DNA of 29,027 nucleotides from Candidatus Iainarchaeum sp. (lineage in GTDB: Archaea > B1Sed10-29 > WALL01). The notes below the pieces were generated by a model. It did not search any database. It was not told the origin of the DNA and saw only the letters and a program-made list of their open reading frames with translations. Below, piece after piece: positions 19,534-27,705 of this stretch (within the stretch, counting starts at the first letter, position 1; each line of letters starts with the position of its first letter). The stretch is from contig JAGGYF010000012.1 of the NCBI GenBank assembly GCA_021162685.1, forward strand, positions 1 to 29,027, in the 5' to 3' direction. A program made the translations under genes and the position numbers.

Positions 19534-20069
19534 TTTTTCACCTCTTCATAACATCTCATTATTGCCTTTACATTCTTCTCGCCTATTTCTCCTGGATACC
19601 TCTCTTTTATTGTTTCTACTACTGATTCCACTGAGACATGTCCAGTAGCTCCACAGAACGCACCCAACATAGGTGTATTAACAAACGGTTTTCCTATCTC
19701 TTCAAGAGCAATTGTTGTTGCATCAATAGTTCTAACTTCTGCTTGTGTGTCCAGGGCTATCTCATCAGGCTTTTTTGTAGTATTTATTATAGCCATTCCT
19801 TCTGGGTTTAAACCATCAGTAACATTTACAACCTCCAATAGTGTTGGGTCTAGAACAATAACATAATCTGGTTTGTACACCTGCTGCCTTATCCTTATGT
19901 ATTCATCTGAGATCCTTGTAAATGCCATAACTGGCGCTCCTCTTCTTTCAACACCAAAGAAAGGGAATGCCTGACACCACTTCCCATCCTTTGATGCAGC
20001 AACTGCTAATACCTCAGCAGCAGTAACAGCTCCTTGACCGCCTCGTCCGTGCCATCTCACTTGTATCAT
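19530..20069 (-). CDS. porG: Pyruvate/2-oxoacid:ferredoxin oxidoreductase gamma subunit
   Basis: [25 protein letters not shown] and NTPMLGA motifs. ATG 20069 after a GGAGG SD. Confidence 0.95.
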   Translation of the reverse strand: MIQVRWHGRGGQGAVTAAEVLAVAASKDGKWCQAFPFFGVERRGAPVMAFTRISDEYIRIRQQVYKPDYVIVLDPTLLEVVNVTDGLNPEGMAIINTTKKPDEIALDTQAEVRTIDATTIALEEIGKPFVNTPMLGAFCGATGHVSVESVVETIKERYPGEIGEKNVKAIMRCYEEVKK

Positions 20070-20146
20070 ACTAACGCCTCCAAAAACAGACAACGCTCTA
20101 AGATTACGTATATATTACATATAAATTTAACCCCTAAGTGCAATAA

Positions 20147-20701
20147 TCATTGCCTCAATGGAAGTAACTCATCCCTCTTTTTTCTCAATCCATACTTCCC
20201 TATGGCATCATATGGTTTGTCTGTAGGTGTTTTCAGCTCAAAAAAGATACCATCTGCAATCTGCATTCCGGGTGTTAACACAATATTAAATGGGCCGGCA
20301 TTTGTTATCTCCAGAATTATCTTCCTTGGTTTTGGTATTCCATGACCTGCGTGTACTAACATCGCTGTCTGTATTACACTTACTCCGAACCTAGCAAACG
20401 TTGTTGTGCCATCAATGAGCATACCTATTTTATTGCTCAGTGAAACCTTTTCTTTTGTCCTTCCAAGTACAAATTGTCCTGGTTTCAGGATAAATGTTTT
20501 CCCTTTCTTCACTTTAACCTTCTTATAGAATTTATCAAACCGTTTTGTTTTCAATGGGTCTATTTCTCCATCAATTGCAACAGCAAATTCGTTATCAAGT
20601 GTGAATGTATATGCACAAGGTTTTAACAGTTTTTTGTCAAATGGCTTGATCAATATGTCTTTATTTTTTGCAGCATTGATGATATCAATGTTTGAAAACA
20701 T
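20147..20701 (-). CDS. dcd: dCTP deaminase-like protein (trimeric dUTPase fold), divergent active site
   Basis: FILKPGQFVLGRTKE, DGTTTFARFG, ILEITN, LTPGMQI and PY...GKY match the dcd layout. Confidence 0.8.
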   Translation of the reverse strand: MFSNIDIINAAKNKDILIKPFDKKLLKPCAYTFTLDNEFAVAIDGEIDPLKTKRFDKFYKKVKVKKGKTFILKPGQFVLGRTKEKVSLSNKIGMLIDGTTTFARFGVSVIQTAMLVHAGHGIPKPRKIILEITNAGPFNIVLTPGMQIADGIFFELKTPTDKPYDAIGKYGLRKKRDELLPLRQ

Positions 20702-21934
20702 CTATGTCATCTCCTTTTCACATTTTTTGGCAAGCTCATCTATCTCTTCATCAGTTAGTAGATGGTCAAACGTTTGTTCAACAACTATTCTTGCCAGTGT
20801 TTCTGCAAATTTATCCCTGCTTCTTGTGTCTCTGAGCAACATGGGATACTTTTGTGCGAGTTTGGCTACTATCCTATCTTGTGCATCTGCCCTATATATG
20901 TTAGCTTCTATGTTCCTCCTTGTTTCTTCAGGGTCGTGATGGATTATCATATACTCAGTGCCGTTTAATGCTTCTCTGTATTCATCAAGCAGATGTCTCT
21001 TTATCACACGCTTTGCTACATTTCCTAAGTCTTGATGCTTATTGAGCACATCATTAATCATCCTATCTATCACTCCCATAAACTTCTTTTTTGGAACCTC
21101 CTCCAATCTGTCAAGTTCATCCAATATCTGTAATACAGCATCATCGGGTTTTTTGCCATCTTTTAAATATTCACTGGCTCTTCGGTATGCAAGCCCCCTC
21201 TTGTGTGGTGTGAGTTCCTTGCTCTCTATATGGGCTTTTACGAATTCCAATGTCTCCTCACCATGGTTCTCCTTTATCTCAGCACTCTTTTCATTTATCA
21301 GCTTCTCTATACGCTGTGCATCCTTCCTTCTTGCTTTTGCAATCTCTACTTCCCATGCATTTTTTGGCTTTTTCCCACGTTTTTCCTCAATATGCTTCTT
21401 GACTTCTTCCTCAAGCGCTACAACATCAGTATAATATTCTGCCTTCTCCTTTATTCCTTTTGGTGCAATAGATAACAGATAGTTCCTAATCGCATTAATA
21501 TGCTCTTCAGGAAACATTCCAATTATCTTCCTTGTGGAGAGAATTGCCTTTACATTATCATTTATTGGGGCTCCTCTCCTCTGAGCATAATCAAAAATGA
21601 GTTCCCTGATTCTTGAGGGGTACCCAACTACTCCCCAATCTATGAATCTATCTATTGCTTCCCCAATTATGCTATGATGTTTTCTGCCCAACCCCGCTTT
21701 CTCCAATCTCCTAGTCAGTTCTTTTGGGAGCGCAGCCTTTTCACCTTCTCTGAGGAAAGAGGGAACAGGTATATTATTCTCTTTTAATCTTCCAATAAGT
21801 GCACCAACAGTTCTAATATTGTGTTCTCGTATCAGACGTTTAACCTCCTGCTGGTGTTCTGGCCCAACTTCCCTCATTATCCTAGGGAGGTGTTTTGTTA
21901 TCAGTTCATCTGGTTTTGGCATGATTATATTCAT
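20702..21934 (-). CDS. Hypothetical charged, probably all-helical protein (orphan)
   Basis: 410-codon ORF with protein-like composition that fills the gap exactly and abuts dcd. Alternative start at ATG 21922 (MPKP). Confidence 0.75.
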   Translation of the reverse strand: MNIIMPKPDELITKHLPRIMREVGPEHQQEVKRLIREHNIRTVGALIGRLKENNIPVPSFLREGEKAALPKELTRRLEKAGLGRKHHSIIGEAIDRFIDWGVVGYPSRIRELIFDYAQRRGAPINDNVKAILSTRKIIGMFPEEHINAIRNYLLSIAPKGIKEKAEYYTDVVALEEEVKKHIEEKRGKKPKNAWEVEIAKARRKDAQRIEKLINEKSAEIKENHGEETLEFVKAHIESKELTPHKRGLAYRRASEYLKDGKKPDDAVLQILDELDRLEEVPKKKFMGVIDRMINDVLNKHQDLGNVAKRVIKRHLLDEYREALNGTEYMIIHHDPEETRRNIEANIYRADAQDRIVAKLAQKYPMLLRDTRSRDKFAETLARIVVEQTFDHLLTDEEIDELAKKCEKEMT

Positions 21935-21973
21935 GCATACACCTTTTTAAATTATATTGCACTGAATTAGAAC

Positions 21974-22789
21974 ATGCCTGAAAAACCAAAGATAAGGGTT
22001 GCAGTTGTCTCCATACCTATTGTTCAACATGAGGTCTATCATCTTGGCCGTGCATATGTCTCACGATACGAATATTTCAGCAGAGGACTATTGGATAACA
22101 TCCGTAAAGAAGTAATAAATCACATAAAAAACAACTCCCATCGATTTAATTGTCAAGTTGAGGTCACAGATGCAAAAGATATATTTCATGAAGACCATAC
22201 ATCACCAAAGATATATGCTGCTGGGAAAAAAGGAGATTATATTGATGCAGATGTTGTTAAGCAACTCGGAGAGAAAATCAAACAACTCAAAGACACGCAT
22301 GATTTAGTTGTTGTCATAGGTACTAAACATACAGGTGCTGCTTTCTTATATACTGTAGATGGCAATGTTGCTAGATTTGATGCGCATACAGATAGGGCAG
22401 AATATGGTAGTCCGGGCGAGTTCAACTATGCCAACTATGTTGATAGGATTATAAAGGAGGGAATAAAGGAGGAGCAGGACATCAAAGATTATGGGGTTAG
22501 AGGAAAGAAGATTCCTAAGCGAAAAGTGGACGCGGAGATTTTTGATATTGATATGGATGTATTTTCAGGGAAGTATGAAATGCAAGATATGTATGATGTG
22601 GGAAAAGCGAGAATACCGGATATAGGAAGACACATTGAGAATTCCAAGCGCATTCATACCATTGGCTTTTTTGAATACTGGCCAGAGATGGACGAGCACC
22701 ACACAGGGCTTAGGACAATAAAGGCACTCACACTTGCAGCTATGAGAGCAATAGAAAGAAGAAAGCTTAATCCAAACTCTCCAAAATGA
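21974..22789 (+). CDS. Divergent arginase/ureohydrolase-fold protein
   Basis: VVIGTKHT (cf. GGDHS), RFDAHTD (DAHxD), YGVR, FDIDMDVF (cf. SxDxDxxD) and GFFEYWP (cf. DIVEVNP) occur in the expected order. Confidence 0.7.
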   Translation: MPEKPKIRVAVVSIPIVQHEVYHLGRAYVSRYEYFSRGLLDNIRKEVINHIKNNSHRFNCQVEVTDAKDIFHEDHTSPKIYAAGKKGDYIDADVVKQLGEKIKQLKDTHDLVVVIGTKHTGAAFLYTVDGNVARFDAHTDRAEYGSPGEFNYANYVDRIIKEGIKEEQDIKDYGVRGKKIPKRKVDAEIFDIDMDVFSGKYEMQDMYDVGKARIPDIGRHIENSKRIHTIGFFEYWPEMDEHHTGLRTIKALTLAAMRAIERRKLNPNSPK

Positions 22790-24284
22790 TTTTACTGAAG
22801 CGTATTGGTCTCCTCTCCTTATACACATCTAATGCTTGGTCAATTTTACGTTCTGAATTTGCGTAAATAGTGAATAACTCCTGGCCCGTCTTTACCTTGT
22901 CTCCATCCTCAACATGTAAGTATAGACCTGCCCTCTTATCATTTGGAGCGCCAGCCCCTCTCACAACTGCTGAAATACCTCTATTATCTATATGTTCTAT
23001 TCTACCGCTTTGTTCAGCCCTAACAGTATAACTGATCTTCCCAATCTCAATATCATCTGGTTTGACCTCAGGGTCACCTCCCTGCATCTCAATAATCTCT
23101 CTGAACTTTTTGTTGGCTTTACCTGAGTCAATAAGTTTTATAGCTGCATCCCTACCCTTCCCTTCTGGAACGACCTTGCCTAGTTCAAGGAGGATACCTG
23201 CGAGAAGTGCAGATTTCTCCTTTAACTCAGGGGAAACATCCTTTCCACCCAGTATCTTCAATATCTCAATTGCTTCTATGGATGGACCAATTGCCATACC
23301 TATTGGATGGTCTCCATCTGTTAGTAATGAGTGCACTTCCATATCAAGTGCCTTTCCAAGACCGTTAAACTGCTTAGCAAGCTCTTTTGCATCAGACCTT
23401 GTCTTTATCTTTGCGCCCTCGCCTATTGGTATGTCAATGATAACATGTGTTGCACCAACCGCCTTTTTCTTTGCAAGTATTGAGGCCAGGAGCATGCCTC
23501 TTGGGTCTAATGCCAATGGGTGCCTTATCCTTATGAGTTTATCATCTGCTGCTGCCAGGTTTACTGCACCTCCCCAAACAATACACCCTCCTGTTTTGTT
23601 TACAACTTCCTCAATATCATCCTTGCTCAATGATACTGGAGCCAATACCTCCATAACATCTGCTGTCCCAGCAGGACTTGTTATTGCTCTAGAAGAAGTT
23701 TTTGGTATTGTTAATCCAGCAGCAGCAACAATCGGAACAACAAGCATTGTGGTTCTGTTTCCAGCTACTCCTCCTATACAATGTTTGTCAAATATCTGTT
23801 TTGCATTAAGATGTAATTTTCCTCCAGAATCAACAACAGCATTTGTTAGCGCAATTGTTTCTGAATCATTTAATCCTCTTATGTACACAGCAGTGATAAA
23901 GGCAGTTAATTCAACATCACTCAACTCCTCTTTCATAAGGTCTCCTATTATTTCATATATCTGCTCTTTTGTGAGCCTAACACCATTCATTTTTTGTTTT
24001 ATATATTTGACCGAGCTTGGCTTTTCTTTTGGTTTTACATATACAGTATCCCCATCTTTTGCGCCCAATCTTGTATATGCTTCTCTAAACAAGCCAAGTG
24101 TACCCCTTGGAACAAACGTATCTGTTAGGTCAATAACTGCGGTTATCACCTTTTCATCCTTTACTATTTCAATACGGTCCATGGCACCAACATCTAGGTC
24201 AATAGCATCCTCTTTATTCATCACTACAACCTTTATTCCTGCTGTAGTGAAGTCAACACATTTTACATTGTACGCTCTTTTCAA
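22767..24284 (-). CDS. deoA: AMP (NMP) phosphorylase
   Basis: DKHCIGGVAGNRTT, PKTSSRAITSPAGTAD and AADDKLIRI motifs, with the N-terminal extension typical of archaeal AMP phosphorylases. TTG start after a GGTGA SD. Confidence 0.95.
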   Translation of the reverse strand: MKRAYNVKCVDFTTAGIKVVVMNKEDAIDLDVGAMDRIEIVKDEKVITAVIDLTDTFVPRGTLGLFREAYTRLGAKDGDTVYVKPKEKPSSVKYIKQKMNGVRLTKEQIYEIIGDLMKEELSDVELTAFITAVYIRGLNDSETIALTNAVVDSGGKLHLNAKQIFDKHCIGGVAGNRTTMLVVPIVAAAGLTIPKTSSRAITSPAGTADVMEVLAPVSLSKDDIEEVVNKTGGCIVWGGAVNLAAADDKLIRIRHPLALDPRGMLLASILAKKKAVGATHVIIDIPIGEGAKIKTRSDAKELAKQFNGLGKALDMEVHSLLTDGDHPIGMAIGPSIEAIEILKILGGKDVSPELKEKSALLAGILLELGKVVPEGKGRDAAIKLIDSGKANKKFREIIEMQGGDPEVKPDDIEIGKISYTVRAEQSGRIEHIDNRGISAVVRGAGAPNDKRAGLYLHVEDGDKVKTGQELFTIYANSERKIDQALDVYKERRPIRFSKIILESLD

Positions 24285-24578
24285 TTAATCACCTATCAGG
24301 ATGTTTAATGCATCCTCTCCTTTCATTCCCTCTTTTATTCCCAATTTTTTTGCTGTGGTACTTGCCCATTTCACTGGCTTTTCAAGCATATCATAAAAAT
24401 CTTCAACACCACTTATAATTGCTGCGCAGTCTCCGATCTTCTCTATTGTTTCGGGATTTAGGTATCCGCATGCCAGATAACCTCTTTCTGCCTTTATTAT
24501 TAGTAACGGTAATCCCAGTTTAATTTTTATCCCAAGCGCTGCTCCTCTTCCTGTTTCAACAATTTCCGTCTCTATCAT
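24285..24578 (-). CDS. yunC: YunC/DUF1805 family protein
   Basis: PLLIIKAERGYLACGYLN...AAIISGV....DML......S..AKKLGIKEGMKGEDAL is the DUF1805 pattern. Confidence 0.88.
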   Translation of the reverse strand: MIETEIVETGRGAALGIKIKLGLPLLIIKAERGYLACGYLNPETIEKIGDCAAIISGVEDFYDMLEKPVKWASTTAKKLGIKEGMKGEDALNILIGD

Positions 24579-25493
24579 CTATACCACTTTTCCGTATCTC
24601 TCCAGTATAATCATCCCTGTTTCATATGGAGTTATGATTCCAAGTTCGGTTATCATGAAATTAACAAGCTGAGGAGGGGTAAAATCAAATGCAGGATTAA
24701 AAATCTTTAATCCCTTTGGGGGGTTCTCCCAGACCTCCTTTGGGTCCCTCTCCTCAATTGTTTCCCACTCCCCGGATAATGTTACAGGATCAAACTTGAA
24801 TGTTTCGCATGCACAGCAACTCATGGTTCTTGCTTCTTTTGCAGCCAGCATTATTTGACTGGTACCAATCTTGTTAACAATAAAACTATCTGCAGTAACA
24901 GCATCTGCTCCAACAATTAGAAGGTCAACATCGTTCATTACGTATCTTGCTGCAGAATCAACAATCATTGTTGTTGGAATACCAAATGAAACCAATTCCT
25001 TTGCTGTAATCCTCCCCTGAAATCTTGGTCTTGTTTCAGTACATATCACATTGATCTTTTTCCCATCCTTCCACGCCTTTTTTATTATACCCATAACAGT
25101 GGATGAATGGCAATGCGTCATTATTGTATCTCCATCTTTTATCCTTCTACTTCCTATCTCTGCAATCTTCTCAACTGCATGTTCCATGAGAGTAATGTAC
25201 TCCTCACAACCTTTTCTTACTAGTCCTTTTGCATCAGAGACATGTTTTGTATTGGACAATTTCTTTACAACATAATTCAGACCATTCCGCATAGCAGGTT
25301 CTGTTGGTCTTGATTTGACCAACACTTCGCAATTTTGTTTCATTTCTTTCAAAAATGCGCCCATTGTCTTCGCCTTGCTCTTCCTTGCCGTTTCTTCAAT
25401 TGCCCTGAGTGCAGCAATTGCGATATTCCTTGCACCCTGTATCTCAAGCTTTTTTATCTTTACAGCAGTTTTCTTTGTGATTGGTGATATCAT
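24579..25493 (-). CDS. e2b2: Ribose-1,5-bisphosphate isomerase (eIF-2B-like family)
   Basis: IQGARNIA, SRPTEPAMRN, MTHCHSS, TETRPRFQG, VGADA, NKIGT and NPAFDFTP motifs; in an operon with AMP phosphorylase. Confidence 0.93.
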   Translation of the reverse strand: MISPITKKTAVKIKKLEIQGARNIAIAALRAIEETARKSKAKTMGAFLKEMKQNCEVLVKSRPTEPAMRNGLNYVVKKLSNTKHVSDAKGLVRKGCEEYITLMEHAVEKIAEIGSRRIKDGDTIMTHCHSSTVMGIIKKAWKDGKKINVICTETRPRFQGRITAKELVSFGIPTTMIVDSAARYVMNDVDLLIVGADAVTADSFIVNKIGTSQIMLAAKEARTMSCCACETFKFDPVTLSGEWETIEERDPKEVWENPPKGLKIFNPAFDFTPPQLVNFMITELGIITPYETGMIILERYGKVV

Positions 25494-25603
25494 GCTTAAA
25501 TACAAGGAAAAGAGATTTTTATATGTTGCTGAGCCAATGGTAAATATATATAAACCTCAAAACCCACAAATAAAGCACAAATTCTGGTTATAAGGTGATT
25601 AAT

Positions 25604-26725
25604 TTGAAGTCAATGATAAAGAACGCAGTTAAGGTTGCTAAACAAAGAGCCAGCGCAAAGAAACCAAAGCGCACAAAATCATATTCTGATAAGGAGCTTC
25701 AAGACATCCTCTCAACAGCCCAGGCCAAAATAAAGGTTGTTGGGACTGGTGGTTCTGGAAACAATACACTCCTCAGATTGAATGAAGTAGGTGTTGAGGG
25801 AGCAGAAGTTATTGCCATGAATACTGATGCTCAACATCTTATAGTAACACCAGCTGACAAGAAATTGCTTCTGGGTAAAGGTGTCACAAGAGGATTGGGC
25901 GCTGGAAGCGATCCAGAACTTGGAGAAGCAGCAACAAAGGAGAGCATACCAGATATAACAAAAATACTTTCTGGAGCAGATATGGTTTTTGTCACATGTG
26001 GTTTAGGTGGAGGAACAGGTACTGGTTCTGCACCAATCATTGCGCAAGTAGCAAAGGACCAGGGTGCGCTGACTGTTGGTGTTGTGACATTACCATTTAG
26101 TGTTGAGGGCAGAAGAAGAATGGAAAATGCACTTTCTGGCCTGAAAAAATTGAGGAAAGAAGCAGATACAGTAATCGTCATTCCAAATGATAAACTTTTG
26201 GAGATTGTACCAGACCTACCAATAAATGCAGCATTCAAGGTTGCAGATGAAATACTTGTAAATGCAGTTAAAGGGATAACCGAACTCATTACAAAGCCAG
26301 GATTGGTTAATCTTGACTTTGCAGATGTCAGAGCAGTTCTATCAAACGGAGGAGCAGCAATGATTGGTTTAGGAGAATCAGAGCTTGAGGGAGATTCAGA
26401 AGGTAGAGCATTGGAGGCAGTTGAAGATGCACTAAATTCTCCACTACTTGATATAGATGTAAGTGAGGCAACAAGGGCATTGGTCAATGTTTCTGGTGGA
26501 GCAGATATGACATTAAGGGAAGCAGAGATGATTGTAGAGGCAGTAGCATCCAAGATACACAGCAATGCACATATAATATGGGGAGCAATGATTGATGAGG
26601 AGATGAAGAGGAATAGACTACAAGCAATGGTTGTTATTGCAGGAGGAAAGTTCCCATATCTTGACGAGAAGAGACTACTTGAACAGACAGAGGAAATAGA
26701 TATAGACGTTGAGTACGTAGAATGA
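25604..26725 (+). CDS. ftsZ: Cell division protein FtsZ (FtsZ1-type genomic context)
   Basis: GGSGNN, NTDAQHL, GGGTGTG tubulin signature and NLDFADV. Start uncertain (GTG 25595, TTG 25604 after AGGTGA, or ATG 25613). Confidence 0.97.
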   Translation: MKSMIKNAVKVAKQRASAKKPKRTKSYSDKELQDILSTAQAKIKVVGTGGSGNNTLLRLNEVGVEGAEVIAMNTDAQHLIVTPADKKLLLGKGVTRGLGAGSDPELGEAATKESIPDITKILSGADMVFVTCGLGGGTGTGSAPIIAQVAKDQGALTVGVVTLPFSVEGRRRMENALSGLKKLRKEADTVIVIPNDKLLEIVPDLPINAAFKVADEILVNAVKGITELITKPGLVNLDFADVRAVLSNGGAAMIGLGESELEGDSEGRALEAVEDALNSPLLDIDVSEATRALVNVSGGADMTLREAEMIVEAVASKIHSNAHIIWGAMIDEEMKRNRLQAMVVIAGGKFPYLDEKRLLEQTEEIDIDVEYVE

Positions 26726-26735
26726 GGTGAAACCT

Positions 26736-26894
26736 TTGAAGTTTGTCAACGAAGCCATTAGAGTGCTAAAGCTTACTAGGAAACCAACAAAAGAGGAGTA
26801 CATTATAATAGCAAAGGTTACAGGCATAGGGATGATCATCATTGGTCTTGTAGGGATGATTATCACCTTGATATCTGATGCTATTGGATTATGA
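26736..26894 (+). CDS. secE: Protein translocase subunit SecE/Sec61-gamma
   Basis: Not in the ORF track; translated by hand as MKFVNEAIRVLKLTRKPTKEEYIIIAKVTGIGMIIIGLVGMIITLISDAIGL. Conserved ftsZ-secE-spt5 order; TTG start after GAGGTGA. Confidence 0.93.
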   Translation: MKFVNEAIRVLKLTRKPTKEEYIIIAKVTGIGMIIIGLVGMIITLISDAIGL

Positions 26895-26903
26895 GGCGAT
26901 TAC

Positions 26904-27350
26904 ATGCTTTATACTATCAGGACAACAGTCGGACAGGAGCGAATAGTTGCAGACCTTTTGAGAGCAAAACAATCAAAAGCAGAGAACGACATATATTCCA
27001 TTGCTGTTATTGATAACCTTAGAGGTTATATCTTCGTAGAGGCACCGAATGAAGCAGAAGTAAAAAAATTCGTGTATAATGTTCCACATGTTAAAGGGCT
27101 GGTTCCAGGTGGCGTTGACTTAAGTGAAGTTGCTCACTTCTTTGAGGAGAAGAGTTTGACAGTAGATATAAAGGTAGGAGACCTTGTTGAGTTAACAGCA
27201 GGTCCGTTCAAAGGAGAGAAAGCAAAAGTAAAGCGTGTGGATGAGTCCAAAGACAAGATCACGTTGGAGCTTATAGAGGCCACTGTACCCATACCCATTA
27301 CAATGGATGCTGCAAGTGTAAGGGTCATATCCCAGTCAAAGGAGGAGTAG
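26904..27350 (+). CDS. spt5: Transcription elongation factor Spt5/NusG
   Basis: NGN domain (RTTVGQE, LRGYIFVEA) and KOW motif (GDLVELTAGPFKGEKAKV). Confidence 0.96.
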   Translation: MLYTIRTTVGQERIVADLLRAKQSKAENDIYSIAVIDNLRGYIFVEAPNEAEVKKFVYNVPHVKGLVPGGVDLSEVAHFFEEKSLTVDIKVGDLVELTAGPFKGEKAKVKRVDESKDKITLELIEATVPIPITMDAASVRVISQSKEE

Positions 27351-27381
27351 GTTTTTAAGTAACCTCTCCTACTACTTTCTT

Positions 27382-27684
27382 ATGTCAAAACCCATTAAGG
27401 CACCACATTTAACATACAGAAAGGTAGTCAATCAGATGAAAGCATGGCATAAGCGATTCCCTATTACTATGAATACACCAGATTCTAAACCCATGATGCC
27501 TCCTGAAATGCTTGAGCGTATGGAGGCTAGGCCAGAAGAGGGGATGAGGCCTATGCCTATTGGTGGGATATCCCCTGTAGAGATGATGGTAAGCGGTGCA
27601 AAGGTTCTTGCAATACCTGCGTTCGCCATTTTTATAATTATACTTGCTGTTATTATTTCATTCATACTCAATATGATAAAGTGA
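27382..27684 (+). CDS. Small Met/Pro-rich protein with a C-terminal TM helix
   Basis: 100-codon ORF; TATA-like TTTTTAAG 22 nt upstream; hydrophobic C-terminal helix. Confidence 0.65.
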   Translation: MSKPIKAPHLTYRKVVNQMKAWHKRFPITMNTPDSKPMMPPEMLERMEARPEEGMRPMPIGGISPVEMMVSGAKVLAIPAFAIFIIILAVIISFILNMIK

Positions 27685-27705
27685 CCGGCTTTGCGACTTT
27701 AATCC

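Noticed and set aside
23062-24288. 408-aa plus-strand ORF
   Set aside because: Antisense shadow of AMP phosphorylase; Ser/Ile/Phe-rich with no recognisable motifs.
24579-25493. Translation factor eIF-2B subunit or methylthioribose-1-phosphate isomerase
   Set aside because: The RPTEP and THCHS motifs plus the operon with AMP phosphorylase favour R15P isomerase.
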